This document shows, in pieces, positions 9,318 through 22,300 of a stretch of DNA of 64,000 bases (position 1 is the stretch's first letter; each line of letters begins with the position of its first letter). Made by a program: the position numbers and the translations under genes. Origin of the DNA: Aestuariibaculum lutulentum (GTDB lineage Bacteria > Bacteroidota > Bacteroidia > Flavobacteriales > Flavobacteriaceae); assembly GCF_032926325.1 (NCBI RefSeq), contig NZ_CP136709.1, positions 1,167,447 through 1,231,446 of the forward strand, in the 5' to 3' direction. The notes beneath the pieces were generated by a model. The model was not told where the DNA came from, made no database searches, and saw only the letters and a list, made by a program, of their open reading frames with translations.

Positions 9318-12101
9318 ATGAAAACAATTCTCCCTGTCTTGTTGTTGCTATGGTGTTTTGTATCCAATGCACAAACAAAAATTTCCGGTATTGTTAAGGA
9401 TGATAACAACCTTCCGCTTCCAGGAGCGAACGTGGTGGTTGTAGGAACCTCTACAGGAACCGTGAGTGATTTTGATGGAAATTTCAGTTTAACTGTAAAT
9501 ATGACTCCGCCGTTTAAAGTACAGGCCAGTAGTGTTGGTTTTGATACGGCTACAGAAGAAATAACAAAAGACGGGCAAATAATTACCTTCATATTAAAAG
9601 AAGGAACCTCATTAGATGAAGTGGTTATTTCAGCATCGCGAACTCCTGAACGTATTTTTGAATCGCCCGTTACCGTGGAGCGTTTTGGGTTAAGAGATAT
9701 CAAGAATACAACATCTGTTGATTTTTATGATGGCCTTGAAAATCTAAAAGGCGTTGATATCAACACCAATAGTTTAACCTTTAAATCGGTTAATACAAGA
9801 GGTTTTGCCACGTTTGCCAACAACCGCTTTATGCAATTGGTAGACGGTATGGACAACTCCACTCCTGCCTTAAACTTCCCTATAGGAAATTTAGTGGGAA
9901 TGACTGAAACTGATGTGGAAAGCGTTGAGCTACTTCCTGGTGCCTCTTCGGCACTTTACGGAGCAAATGCCTTCAACGGTATTTTATTCATGAGAAGTAA
10001 AAATCCGTTTAAACACCACGGTATTAGTGCTTCAGTAAAACGCGGTATCACTTCGCAAAAAGCCGCAGGTGACAACCCATATACTGATGTTAGTTTTAGA
10101 GCTGCTCATAAATTCACAGAACACTTTGCTGCAAAAGTGAATTTCGGATATTTAAAAGGTACAGACTGGGCTGCAACCAGTGAAGCTGATAAAATGACAC
10201 CTGGAGGTACCAGACTAAATCCAAATTACGATGGTATTAATGTTTATGGTGATGAAGTTTCTACGAATATAAAAGAAGTCGCCGTTGCTTTAGAAGGCTT
10301 AGGTATTTTACCAAGTGGCGCTAATGCCCTTGTGCCTTCAGTAGATGTTAGTAGAACAGGATATAACGAAAAGTATTTGACCGATTATAATGCTGAGAGT
10401 GTTAAAGCGGACTGGGGACTATATTTCAGACCTTGGGCTAACGATTTCGAAATTCAGTATGTTGGAAAAGTAGGTACAGGAACAACCTTGTATCAGGGCA
10501 CTAATCGCTACTATATTGATGGTTTCTTTCAACAACAACATAAATTAGAAGTTAAAAACGATAATTTTTTCGTTAGAACCTATGTTGTAACCGATAAAGC
10601 GGGAGACTCTTACGACATGGTATTTACCGGAATAAACATTAACCGTGCATGGAAGGACGATGAAACCTGGTTTGGTGAATATGCGGGAACTTTTGTTCAG
10701 GCAACTCTTGGTGGCGCTACCGAAGAACAGGCACATGCTATGGCTAGGTCTGTTGCAGATACAGGACGTTACCTTCCTGGAACTCCACAATACATCGCAG
10801 CGTTTAACAAAAGTATTAATGACCCTGATTTATCTACCGGATCAAAATTCCAGGATGCCTCAGAATATTACCATACCGATGCCAATTACAACTTTAGCCA
10901 TTTGATAGACTGGGCTGAAATTCAGGTTGGTGGTTCATACAGAAAATACAGTTTAAACTCCTTCGGAACTATTTATACTGACACCGACGGAACAATTGAT
11001 TACTCAGAATATGGTATTTACACCCAAATTCAGAAAGCCTTTGATTTAAATGAAAGCTTAAATCTGAAATTAACCGGGTCTATTCGTTATGATAAATCCG
11101 AATTTTTCGATGGATTTTATTCTCCAAGACTTTCAGCAGGTTTAACGATTAATAAAGACCACAACATTAGAGCCTCCGTTCAAACTGGGTTTAGAAATCC
11201 AACTACTCAGGATTTGTTCATCGGACTTGATGCCGGACGTGCCATCTTGGTAGGATCGGCACCAGAGAATTTAGACCGATGGTCAAGAACCTATAATGTT
11301 AGCGCCACAGGCCAAACTCTGTACGGACAACCTGCAACCATTACCCAAACAGGAGCTGTCGCTTATAACAACTCTTACACATCAAGCTCAGTTGCCTTAT
11401 TAGGCGAAACCGGAGACCCAAGTGTTTTAGAAATTTCTAATCCAGAACTTGTTAAACCTGAAAAAGTAACTTCAGGTGAAATTGGTTATCGTGGAAAAAT
11501 AAACAATTTCGTAATCGACTTTAGTGCTTATTACAACTCTTACAAAGACTTCCTTTCACAAGAAGTTGTGGTTTCTCCTTACTATGGAACTGTGGGAGAT
11601 GGAGGCTTATCAGTAGCTGCAATTTCGAATAGTGACTTCCAGGCCTATAGCACATATACCAATTCGCCTGCTAATGTTAATTCATATGGAGCATCTATAA
11701 GTGTATCGACTAAACTTTTTGGTAATTACGATTTAAGCGGAAGTTACACCTATGCTAAATTAGATTTCGATCAAAGTAAATATCCAGACTTCACTACGTT
11801 CTTCAATACGCCAGAGCATAAATTCAAAGCTTCATTTGGTAATCCGGAAGTTATTAAAAACTTAGGATTCAATATCTCTTATAGATTTAGTGATGATTAC
11901 TATTGGGAAGCAACCTTCGGAAATGGAGCCATTCCGGAATTTAATGTGTTAGATGCTCAAATTAGTTATACGGTTCCTAAGTTAAAATCTCAGTTTAAAA
12001 TAGGAGGAACAAACCTAACAGGCAAAGAATATTATACCGCCTTTGGTACGGGTTACATCGGGTCTATGTTCTACGCTTCGTGGGTAATTAATAACTTATA
12101 A
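9318..12101 (+). CDS. TonB-dependent receptor, a tandem paralogue of 6291..9113.
   Basis: 927 aa with long blocks nearly identical to the upstream receptor (NLKGVDIN..SLTF.SVNTRGFATFANNRF, ...SWVINNL). Confidence 0.9.
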   Translation: MKTILPVLLLLWCFVSNAQTKISGIVKDDNNLPLPGANVVVVGTSTGTVSDFDGNFSLTVNMTPPFKVQASSVGFDTATEEITKDGQIITFILKEGTSLDEVVISASRTPERIFESPVTVERFGLRDIKNTTSVDFYDGLENLKGVDINTNSLTFKSVNTRGFATFANNRFMQLVDGMDNSTPALNFPIGNLVGMTETDVESVELLPGASSALYGANAFNGILFMRSKNPFKHHGISASVKRGITSQKAAGDNPYTDVSFRAAHKFTEHFAAKVNFGYLKGTDWAATSEADKMTPGGTRLNPNYDGINVYGDEVSTNIKEVAVALEGLGILPSGANALVPSVDVSRTGYNEKYLTDYNAESVKADWGLYFRPWANDFEIQYVGKVGTGTTLYQGTNRYYIDGFFQQQHKLEVKNDNFFVRTYVVTDKAGDSYDMVFTGININRAWKDDETWFGEYAGTFVQATLGGATEEQAHAMARSVADTGRYLPGTPQYIAAFNKSINDPDLSTGSKFQDASEYYHTDANYNFSHLIDWAEIQVGGSYRKYSLNSFGTIYTDTDGTIDYSEYGIYTQIQKAFDLNESLNLKLTGSIRYDKSEFFDGFYSPRLSAGLTINKDHNIRASVQTGFRNPTTQDLFIGLDAGRAILVGSAPENLDRWSRTYNVSATGQTLYGQPATITQTGAVAYNNSYTSSSVALLGETGDPSVLEISNPELVKPEKVTSGEIGYRGKINNFVIDFSAYYNSYKDFLSQEVVVSPYYGTVGDGGLSVAAISNSDFQAYSTYTNSPANVNSYGASISVSTKLFGNYDLSGSYTYAKLDFDQSKYPDFTTFFNTPEHKFKASFGNPEVIKNLGFNISYRFSDDYYWEATFGNGAIPEFNVLDAQISYTVPKLKSQFKIGGTNLTGKEYYTAFGTGYIGSMFYASWVINNL

Positions 12102-12102
12102 A

Positions 12103-13647
12103 ATGAAAATCATGAAATTAAAATATATTGCCCTGTTATTAATTACAACCGGGCTTACAGCTTGTAACGATTTGGAAGATGTTAACCGTGAAGAAGCAGA
12201 AGTTATTCTTCCGGCATTAACCTCAGGAACAGCCGATTTTTCAACTTATGTATCTTTAGGAAATTCACTTACGGCTGGTTATACCGATAACGCTCTGTTT
12301 ATTGCCGCTCAGGAAAATTCAATTCCCAATATCCTGGCTTCAAAATTTGCATTAGCTGGAGGAGGTGAATTTAAACAACCTTTAATGAACGATAATTACG
12401 GCGGATTAGCTTACGGAGGTACCCGAATAGCAGATCCTCGTTTAGTTTTTAACGGCTCAGGTCCTGCTTCTTTAGAATCTGTAATTGGTTCTATAAACGT
12501 TTCAACAGATTTAGCATTAAATAATCCAACAGGGCCATTTAATAATATGGGGGTGCCGGGAGCAAAATCCTATCATTTATTATATGATGGCTTAGGAAAT
12601 CCTTCAGGGTTACTAACAGACCCAATGACAGCCAATCCATATTTTGTACGAATGGCATCGAGTACCTCAGCTACTGTATTGGGTGATGCTATGGCACAAT
12701 CGCCGACATTCTTTTCTTTGTGGATAGGAAATAACGATGTTTTAGGCTATGCCTTATCTGGAGGAGATGGTAGCAATCCAATTACACCATTAGATGGCGC
12801 TATAGGCGTTGGGTTTACTCAAACTTACGGAGCTATTATTGCAACACTAACCTCACAAGGAGCAAAAGGTGTTGTGGCTAATATTCCCGATGTGATCAGT
12901 ATTCCACACTTTACAACAGTACCTCACAATCCAATTCCATTAGATGCTGCAACTGCAACTTACTTAAATAGTACATCGGCTTACGGTGCTTACAATGCGG
13001 GTATTATTCAAGCATTTGCTTATCTCGTTGGAAATGGTTTAATGACCCAGGATGCAGCAGATGCTGAAATTGCTAAAAGAACCATAACATTTGAAGCTGA
13101 CACAACCAATGCAGTAGTTATTATGGATGAATACTTAACTGATTTAACGGGTTTAAATCCAGCTTTAGTAAGCATGAGACAGGCAACTGCCGATGACTTA
13201 TTAGTGCTAACGGCTTCAACGTTTATAGGTACCGAAGCTGTTCCTGGAAATCCCCAAACCGTTAATGGAGTTGCCATTCCTTTAGCCGATAAATGGGTTT
13301 TAACACCTGAAGAACAAGAAGAAATAGCTACGGCAACTTCAACCTTTAATGCCATTATTGATAATGTAAGACAACAAGCCGGATTAGCAATGGTAGATAC
13401 CAATTCTATACTAAATCAATTGGCAAATGGCGGTGTAACAAGTGGAGATTATACTTTAACCTCTAATTTAGTTGTTGGTGGAGCCTTTTCTTTAGATGGG
13501 GTGCATTTAACTGCCAGAGGTTATGCTTATTTAGCTAACGAATTTATGAAAGCTATAGATGCGACCTACAATTCCAATTTTGTAGATTCAGGACAATTGG
13601 TTGATATAGGAAATTACCCAACGAATTATTCGCCAACACTGCAATAA
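12103..13647 (+). CDS. SGNH/GDSL-hydrolase-family lipoprotein, co-transcribed with the TonB-dependent receptor.
   Basis: 514 aa with a lipoprotein signal (LTACND). Carries SGNH blocks GNSLTAG (block I), WIGNNDV (block III) and DGVHLTARGY (block V). Its start abuts the receptor stop. Confidence 0.7.
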   Translation: MKIMKLKYIALLLITTGLTACNDLEDVNREEAEVILPALTSGTADFSTYVSLGNSLTAGYTDNALFIAAQENSIPNILASKFALAGGGEFKQPLMNDNYGGLAYGGTRIADPRLVFNGSGPASLESVIGSINVSTDLALNNPTGPFNNMGVPGAKSYHLLYDGLGNPSGLLTDPMTANPYFVRMASSTSATVLGDAMAQSPTFFSLWIGNNDVLGYALSGGDGSNPITPLDGAIGVGFTQTYGAIIATLTSQGAKGVVANIPDVISIPHFTTVPHNPIPLDAATATYLNSTSAYGAYNAGIIQAFAYLVGNGLMTQDAADAEIAKRTITFEADTTNAVVIMDEYLTDLTGLNPALVSMRQATADDLLVLTASTFIGTEAVPGNPQTVNGVAIPLADKWVLTPEEQEEIATATSTFNAIIDNVRQQAGLAMVDTNSILNQLANGGVTSGDYTLTSNLVVGGAFSLDGVHLTARGYAYLANEFMKAIDATYNSNFVDSGQLVDIGNYPTNYSPTLQ

Positions 13648-13671
13648 CAAGACTTTTAATAATAAAATTTA

Positions 13672-13700
13672 ACACCTTCAAAATGAGGGTGTTTTTTTAT
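13672..13700 (+). terminator. Rho-independent terminator.
   Basis: ACACCTTCA-aaa-TGAGGGTGT stem followed by TTTTTTT. Confidence 0.5.
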
Positions 13701-13745
13701 TCTAAAAAACCTGAAAAAACAACTTTCTTTTTAAATTAAAAAAAT

Positions 13746-13753
13746 TATCTTTG
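13746..13753 (+). promoter_or_regulatory. Candidate Bacteroidetes sigmaA -7 element (TAnnTTTG) upstream of atpD.
   Basis: TATCTTTG lies ~60 bp upstream of the atpD start. Confidence 0.3.
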
Positions 13754-13810
13754 CAGCCGAAAACTAGAAGTGTTTTCATTGAATTAAAACGCATAATATT
13801 AAACATATAA

Positions 13811-15322
<1,512 letters not shown>

Positions 15323-15348
15323 TATTCAATAGAAAATTATAAAACATT

Positions 15349-15642
15349 ATGAATTTAGAAATTGTATCACCAGAAGCTACCCTATTTAACTCAGAAGTTG
15401 ATTCTGTAGCATTACCTGGTATTAATGGTGAGTTTCAGATTTTAAATGACCACGCCGCAATCGTGTCTATTTTAACTGAAGGAACCATTAAAATTCATAC
15501 ACATACACAAAGCCACCTGGTTTTTGATGCGTTACATTCTGAAGTTAATCCTCACCATGATGATGACAAAGTTTTAACCTTAAAAATCAAATCTGGTACT
15601 GTTGAAATGAAAGATAATAAAGTGATTGTTTTAGTTGACTAA
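15349..15642 (+). CDS. atpC: F0F1 ATP synthase epsilon subunit.
   Basis: 97 aa immediately after atpD. The N-terminal beta-sandwich sequence MNLEIVSPE...LPGINGEFQIL is typical. Confidence 0.9.
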   Translation: MNLEIVSPEATLFNSEVDSVALPGINGEFQILNDHAAIVSILTEGTIKIHTHTQSHLVFDALHSEVNPHHDDDKVLTLKIKSGTVEMKDNKVIVLVD

Positions 15643-15663
15643 ACCTTCCTTTATTCAGAATAA

Positions 15664-15700
15664 AAAAACGCGAAACTAAATGTTTCGCGTTTTTTGTTTT
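15664..15700 (+). terminator. Bidirectional rho-independent terminator (atpC on + / umuD-like on -).
   Basis: AACGCGAAAC-taaat-GTTTCGCGTT followed by TTTTTGTTTT. Confidence 0.65.
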
Positions 15701-15719
15701 ATAAATCTTTTGAAGAATG

Positions 15720-16166
15720 TTACACTTTCTTAATCACATTGGTGACGATACCCCAGATAATAAATTCATTCTCATCTGTAATTTTAATAATCGGGTAATT
15801 TGGGTTTTCGGGTTTTAACCACACTTCGCCCTGCTCTACGCGTAATCGCTTTACTGTAAATTCACCGTCTAAAAAACAAACGGCTATTCGGTTATTTTGA
15901 GGTTCAAGGCTACGGTCAATAACAAGTAAGTCGTTATCTTCTAATCCTGCTCCTATCATACTTTGTCCACTAACACGGGCAAAAAAGGTTGTTTCCCTAT
16001 TTCTAACCAACTCTTTATCTAAAGATAACCGTTGTTCGCTAAAATCTTCTGCCGGCGCCGGAAATCCACAAGAAATTCCTGTATCAAAAAATATTGCACC
16101 AAGTTCGCCTGATGCTTCGGGTGTAAAAAAAGTTAAGCTATTAGAATCGTTTACTATCATAACCAT
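15720..16166 (-). CDS. S24 peptidase, UmuD-like (LexA C-terminal-domain-only protein).
   Basis: 148 aa with a Ser nucleophile region (VSGQSMIGAGLEDNDLLVIDRS) and catalytic Lys (FTVKRL), but no HTH domain. No adjacent umuC. Confidence 0.8.
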   Translation of the reverse strand: MVMIVNDSNSLTFFTPEASGELGAIFFDTGISCGFPAPAEDFSEQRLSLDKELVRNRETTFFARVSGQSMIGAGLEDNDLLVIDRSLEPQNNRIAVCFLDGEFTVKRLRVEQGEVWLKPENPNYPIIKITDENEFIIWGIVTNVIKKV

Positions 16167-16245
16167 GCATTTCCCTCAAATATACACATTTAAATGATTT
16201 AATTGACTTGCACTACAACATTCACAACAAAATGAAAAACAGTCC

Positions 16246-17343
16246 TTAAACCTTGATAAAAATACCTTTTTTATACAAGTAATTTCCTAGCGCTAAATAG
16301 AACAAAACAACTACTAGAGCATAACATAATGATGCTAATTTAGCCTCTAAAAAATCATATTGAAAAAACGTTGAATACAACCAGGAATGAATATTGGAAT
16401 GTTCTCCTACAGGAATTAAATAAAAACTTTTTGCTATAAATCCTGATAGAAAATAAATAGTTATGGCATTCATACCAACCTTTTTGAAAACTCTACCAAA
16501 ATGCCAATGTTTCACATCTACTATATAATAAATAATTGCCAAAATAACTGTAGCATAGCCAGCGGTAACCAATACAAAACTGCTACTCCACAACGCTTTA
16601 TTTATTGGGAACCACAAACTAAATACATAACCTACAACCAAAAACAATAACCCTATTGCTACTAATATTGAAGCTTTTCGCTCTATAGGTTTATCTAGAA
16701 CCTTACCAATTAGCACGCCAAGTAAACATGTTGCTATTGCTGATACCGTTCCCAATATGCCTTCAGGATCATAATCAGGTTTCCACATGTGGCCTCCTAA
16801 AACTATTGAATCAATGTACATCGACCAATTATTGGCAACTTTATCAAAGCTTGGAGCCATACCATTTGGCAATGGTACAAATCCCAATAACAACCAATAA
16901 CTTAACAAAATACCAAGTGCAATACCTAAAAGGACTTTCCAATTATAATTTAAATACAAAACTGCTGTAATAAAAAACACAATACCAATACGCTGTAAAA
17001 CACCCATAAAACGGAAGCTTTCCCAACTCTGAATAAAAGGAAACGTTGGCATAAATGCCCTTAAAAAAAGCCCTAAAGCTATTAACTTTAAACTTCGTAT
17101 ACCAATCTTTTTATAGGTCTGAATATTACCTTTCTTATTTTTATAAGCATAGTAAATCGATATTCCCACAATAAATAAAAAGAAAGGAAACACAAGATCG
17201 GTTGGTGTTAATCCGTGCCATTCGGCATGTAACAAAGGAGCGTAAACACTAGACCAAGTACCCGGATTATTAACTAAAATCATGGCAACAATGGTCACAC
17301 CTCTCAACAAATCTACTGATTGAATTCTTTGGCTTGCAGACAT
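16246..17343 (-). CDS. DUF1624/DUF5009 (HGSNAT-like, heparan-alpha-glucosaminide N-acetyltransferase-like) polytopic membrane protein.
   Basis: 365 aa, ~10 TM segments. The N-terminus RIQSVDLLRGVTIVAMILVNNPG is typical of the family. Last gene of the HK-LytTR operon. Confidence 0.6.
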   Translation of the reverse strand: MSASQRIQSVDLLRGVTIVAMILVNNPGTWSSVYAPLLHAEWHGLTPTDLVFPFFLFIVGISIYYAYKNKKGNIQTYKKIGIRSLKLIALGLFLRAFMPTFPFIQSWESFRFMGVLQRIGIVFFITAVLYLNYNWKVLLGIALGILLSYWLLLGFVPLPNGMAPSFDKVANNWSMYIDSIVLGGHMWKPDYDPEGILGTVSAIATCLLGVLIGKVLDKPIERKASILVAIGLLFLVVGYVFSLWFPINKALWSSSFVLVTAGYATVILAIIYYIVDVKHWHFGRVFKKVGMNAITIYFLSGFIAKSFYLIPVGEHSNIHSWLYSTFFQYDFLEAKLASLCYALVVVLFYLALGNYLYKKGIFIKV

Positions 17344-17354
17344 TTTAAAACACT

Positions 17355-18077
17355 TTAATTTTCAGAATCTTCAACAGTATTTAAAATGCGTTCTCGTGTA
17401 ATTTTCACATAATTTCTTCCAATAGGAATCTTTCTATTTGAAATTTCTACCATATTACCTTCAACCGAATTTACTTTATTTATTGAAATGGTATAGGAAC
17501 GATGCACACGCAGAAAATTGGATTGTGGTAATTCTTCCGAAATCGCCGTCAAAGATTTATGTACCACGTAATCACCCAAAGTAGTAATGACTTTAATATA
17601 ATCTTTTAAGCTTTCTATATATAAAATATCATTCAAATTCACCTTAACTAATTTCTTACCCACCTTTAAAAATAAATGCGGTTCCTGCTGAAATCCTATA
17701 TCAGATGAAGAACTATTTAAATATACCTGCTGATAGACTTTATTAATGGTTTTTAAAAATCGATTAAAAGGAATTGGCTTTACAAGATAGTCTAAAACAT
17801 CAAGTTCAAAACTCTTTACGGCGTATTCCCTGTACGCTGTTGTAATAACAATGTGAGGTTTATAGCTGAGATTTTCGATAAATGCAAAACCGTTAAGCTG
17901 TGGCATATTAATATCGAGGAAAACCACATCAATTTTTTCCTGCTCTAAAACACCATAGGCTTTCAAAGGATTGGTAAAAGTTCCGACAATTTCAATATGA
18001 TCGAAGTTCTTTAAATGATCTTCAATCACCTCAATAGCCAAGGCTTCATCATCAATGATTACACATTTTATTTTCAT
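17355..18077 (-). CDS. LytTR-family response regulator.
   Basis: 240 aa with a receiver domain (IIDDE...D at the phospho-acceptor position) and a C-terminal LytTR DNA-binding domain. Confidence 0.9.
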   Translation of the reverse strand: MKIKCVIIDDEALAIEVIEDHLKNFDHIEIVGTFTNPLKAYGVLEQEKIDVVFLDINMPQLNGFAFIENLSYKPHIVITTAYREYAVKSFELDVLDYLVKPIPFNRFLKTINKVYQQVYLNSSSSDIGFQQEPHLFLKVGKKLVKVNLNDILYIESLKDYIKVITTLGDYVVHKSLTAISEELPQSNFLRVHRSYTISINKVNSVEGNMVEISNRKIPIGRNYVKITRERILNTVEDSEN

Positions 18078-19114
18078 CGAATAGGTATTTTTAAGTACAG
18101 GTTATACACATTGTTTTCTACAATAGTTTTAAACTCATAATCACTATTAAACAATAAGCTTAACCTGCGTTTGGTATTGGCAATACCAATACCTTGATTA
18201 TTGTTTATACTAGATTTGGCATTAAAAGTATTCGACAGTTTAAATTCTAAATAGTCTTTATTAAGTACTTCAAAACTCATGTTTACCCTTACGTTTTCGC
18301 AACCTTTTAATCCGTGTTTGAAACAATTTTCGATGAACGTCAAAAAAAGCAAGGGTGGCACGGTAACATCTTCAATATCGCCAATAATATCCATCTCACA
18401 TTCTACACGCTCATTAAAACGTAAACGTTCGACATCAATATAGGTATTAATATGATTGATTTCCTCTAATAAATCAGCCTTGGAACTATTCACTTCATAC
18501 AACACGTATTGCATAAGATCTGATATTTTAATCACCATTTGTGGCGCACTATCAGACTTTTTCAATGTAAGCGCATATAAATTATTTAAAGTATTAAAAA
18601 AGAAATGGGGTTGTATCTGGGTTCGTAAGTATTTCAATTCGGTACTTAATTGAAGCTTTGCCAACTTTTCATTACGGCGCTTTTCCAGACTCCAGTCAAT
18701 AACCAGTTTTATTGCAGACACAAACCCAATCACATAAAGTTCTCCTAATACAACGGCTATAATATGATTAAGCTGCATAAACTCGCCCGTACCACCAGCC
18801 TCAGGCCAAATATCTTTGGTCACTAAAACATAATTTAAGCCTGTTCTTACCAGATACACCATGGCCAACATAAAAATCAGACTTAGCACATAAGTTAAAT
18901 ACCGTCGCTTTAAAATTAATCTGGGGATTAGGTAGTAAATATTTATGTAAACCACAATGATGTGAATAGGAAATTCTACAAGGTTAGACTTGATAGAATA
19001 CCAGTAATCATTAAAGTAGCTCCCCCACCTTACGACATTAAACATGAAGTAAACTAACCAAAAAAGCACGTGATATTTAAGTGAAATGGTATTCTTTATC
19101 TGAAGTCTAATCAA
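18074..19114 (-). CDS. Sensor histidine kinase (LytS/YehU-type His_kinase domain).
   Basis: 346 aa with an N-terminal multi-TM region, an HxxFN(T/S)LN H-box (QPHFFFNTLNNL) and an ATPase domain. Overlaps the response regulator by 4 nt. Confidence 0.85.
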   Translation of the reverse strand: MIRLQIKNTISLKYHVLFWLVYFMFNVVRWGSYFNDYWYSIKSNLVEFPIHIIVVYINIYYLIPRLILKRRYLTYVLSLIFMLAMVYLVRTGLNYVLVTKDIWPEAGGTGEFMQLNHIIAVVLGELYVIGFVSAIKLVIDWSLEKRRNEKLAKLQLSTELKYLRTQIQPHFFFNTLNNLYALTLKKSDSAPQMVIKISDLMQYVLYEVNSSKADLLEEINHINTYIDVERLRFNERVECEMDIIGDIEDVTVPPLLFLTFIENCFKHGLKGCENVRVNMSFEVLNKDYLEFKLSNTFNAKSSINNNQGIGIANTKRRLSLLFNSDYEFKTIVENNVYNLYLKIPIR

Positions 19115-19353
19115 GAGTATTGGTTTAAATTATTATTAAAAAATCGACAAAAGGCTTAAACTATGTGAAGCAATTTTAAGAATATAATAATTAATTAACA
19201 ATAATTTCATTAAGAGTTTATATTCGCAAAATCACTTATCGATAGTTATCTGTCTTCTGTGTGTAAAATGATGTAGTTCAGATATTTTTTTTTAAAACAA
19301 TTTTTATAATAAATAACATTGATAGCAAATAACAAGACTAAACAATTCAAATT

Positions 19354-22300
19354 ATGAAGTATTACTTAAAAACGACACTCTTGTTTTCCTTCTTATTCTT
19401 CAGCATACAACTGTTTGCTCAGGAAAAGGAAATTAAAGGAATTGTTACCTCAAAAGCAGACGGCATGCCTATTGCCGGAGGTAACGTAATTATTCAAGGC
19501 ACAACTACCGGTACACTTACCGATTTTGATGGAAAATACACCATTATGGCAAAAACCGGTGATGTATTAACCTTTTCATTTTTAGGAATGACAACTGAAA
19601 AGGTAACTGTTGCCGATTCAAACACTATCAATGTGCAATTAGCAGAAGACAACGAACAACTTGCTGAAGTTGTAGTTACTGCTTTGGGTATTAAAAAAAC
19701 CCGCGAATCGTTAACATACGCAGCACAAGACATTAATGCTGACGAGTTAAACAAATCAAAACAAACTAACCCTATTAACAGCTTATCGGGTAAAGTTTCT
19801 GGTGTTTCCATAACCAGAAGTAGCTCTGGAGTTGGAGGGTCTGTAAAGGTTACACTTCGTGGAAATTCTTCTATTGGAAATAACCAACCATTATATGTGG
19901 TCGATGGTATTCCTTTATCGAACCCAACCGCTAGTCAACCTACTTTATCTTTTGGAGATATTGACGGAGGAAATAGAGACGGTGGTGATGCCTTATCGCT
20001 TATTAACCCAGACGATATCGAATCGTTAACTGTATTGAAAGGAGCTTCTGCTTCTGCACTTTATGGTAGTGCCGGACTTAATGGTGTTATATTAATTACC
20101 ACCAAGAAAGGACGTTCTGGAAACTTCAAAACCGATTTCTCTACGAATTTAACTGTTGACAGCGCAGCCTATTCTATGGAATTCAATAATGAAGCTCAGA
20201 ATAATAATGACGACTTTTTTAACACTGGATATACAAATATAAATTCACTTTCTATTTCCGGAGGAACAGATAAGGCGCAAACCTATTTTTCATACAGTAA
20301 CTCTTTCGCCTCAGGAATTTTGCCTGAAAACAATTTAAAACAACATACATTTAATGTTCGAGAAACAGCCAAACTTTTCGACGACAAATTAACCGTGAAT
20401 GCCAGTGTAATGGCATCAACACAAAACATTACAAACAGACCAATCTCAGGGTTATACTACAACCCATTAGTGGGGGTTTATGGTTTTGAATCTGACACTG
20501 AAAAACTTTCAGACTATTCAGATTTTGAAAGCTACGATGCGAATAGAAACATTATGTCTCAACGTTGGTTTAGAGCAACTTCAGACATTGAACAAAACCC
20601 ATACTGGATCCTTAATCGCAATGCTTCTGAAGACACTAATAAAAAATTAATTTCTTCATTATCTTTAAATTACGAAGTTAACTACTGGTTATCTTTTCAA
20701 ACCAGAGGAACTTACGACAAATCGATGTATGAATTTGAAAGAAAAATTTATGCAACAACCGATGCAACCTTAGCCCCAGAAAATGGTAGATACATTTATA
20801 ACTCTAGTGATTTCACACAATACTATGGCGATTTTATCGCAAACATAAATACAACTTTTAACGAAACCATAAGTTTAAGTGCTATTATTGGTACAAGTAC
20901 AACAAGAACAACTACCGAATCGTTTGTTGGAGACTCAGGTACCAACGGTGGTTTACAATTTGCTAATGTATTTGCTTTCCAAAACTTTAACGGAAATCCT
21001 TCTGTTAATTTTACTCAAAATTCTTTAGAAACCAGAGTTAATTCTGTTTTTGCAAGTGCAACCGTTGGGTTTAACGACAAATTCTTTATTGATTTAACCG
21101 CGAGAAACGACTGGACTTCTACACTTCCAAAAGAAAACAACTCATTCCTTTACCCTTCAGTTGGTTTAACAGGAGTATTAAGCGAAATATTTGAATTACC
21201 AGAAAGTATCTCTTTTGCAAAATTAAGAGGATCGTATGCCGAAGTAGGAAATGGGTTTGCTGCCGATCAAATTAACCCACAACGTCAAATTATATTTGGA
21301 GGTGGTGGTGTAGATCCAAACGAACCTATTAGACCGTTCCCTGGATCAACACCTAAACCTGAAAGACAAAAATCTTTTGAGATTGGTACCGAATGGAAAT
21401 TTGCTAATAACAGATTTGGTATCGATTTAGGTTACTATAATACTAAAACTTCAGATCAATATTATGCCTTTTCAACATCTGTTGCTATTATAGGTGCTCC
21501 GCAAGCCTACTTAAATTCCGGTGAAATCTCAAATAAAGGTTTTGAAGCTACAGTTTTTGCTATTCCAGTTCAAAACGATAACATCTCATGGAATACTTCT
21601 ATAAACTTTGCTTCTAACAAAAATAAAATTGAGAAAATTTATAACGGTCAGGTTTTAGAAGGTTTAATTGAACCTGAATTCTTTACCTTATCCCAAAAAG
21701 GCGTTAACACGTTTGGTTCTTATTTAGTAGAAGGCGGTTCATTTGGTGACATCTACGCCCAAGTAGTAAGAAGAAACGATGAAGGTTTACCAATTATTGA
21801 AGGCGATGCCGTTATGGTAAACGACGACAACACGATTGACGGATTAACAAAAGTTGGAAACGCCAATCCAGACTTCACTTTAGGCTGGAACAACTCTTTT
21901 TCAATTAAAAACTTTTCAATTGATTTCTTAGTTGATGGGAAATTTGGAGGAGAAACCATGAGCATGACCGAAGCTATTGTTGAAGGATTCAGTAATAACT
22001 CTGCCAGAGAAACAGCAAATAACAATGTTAATGTACAAATAGATGGTACGGCAACAACAATGACGGCTCAAGAATATTACGGGAAAGTTTCTGGTAGAAA
22101 TGGTTTCACAGGAGAATATGTTTATAGCGCAACAAACGTAAGACTTGCCGAATTTTCACTTGGGTATAATTTCAAATTAGGAGAAAATTCATTCTTATCA
22201 AAAGCTAAAGCTTCTATAGTTGGAAACAACTTGTTTTTCTTCTATAAAGATGCTCCGCACGACCCGAATTTATCGATTAGTACCGGTAATGCCTTACAAG

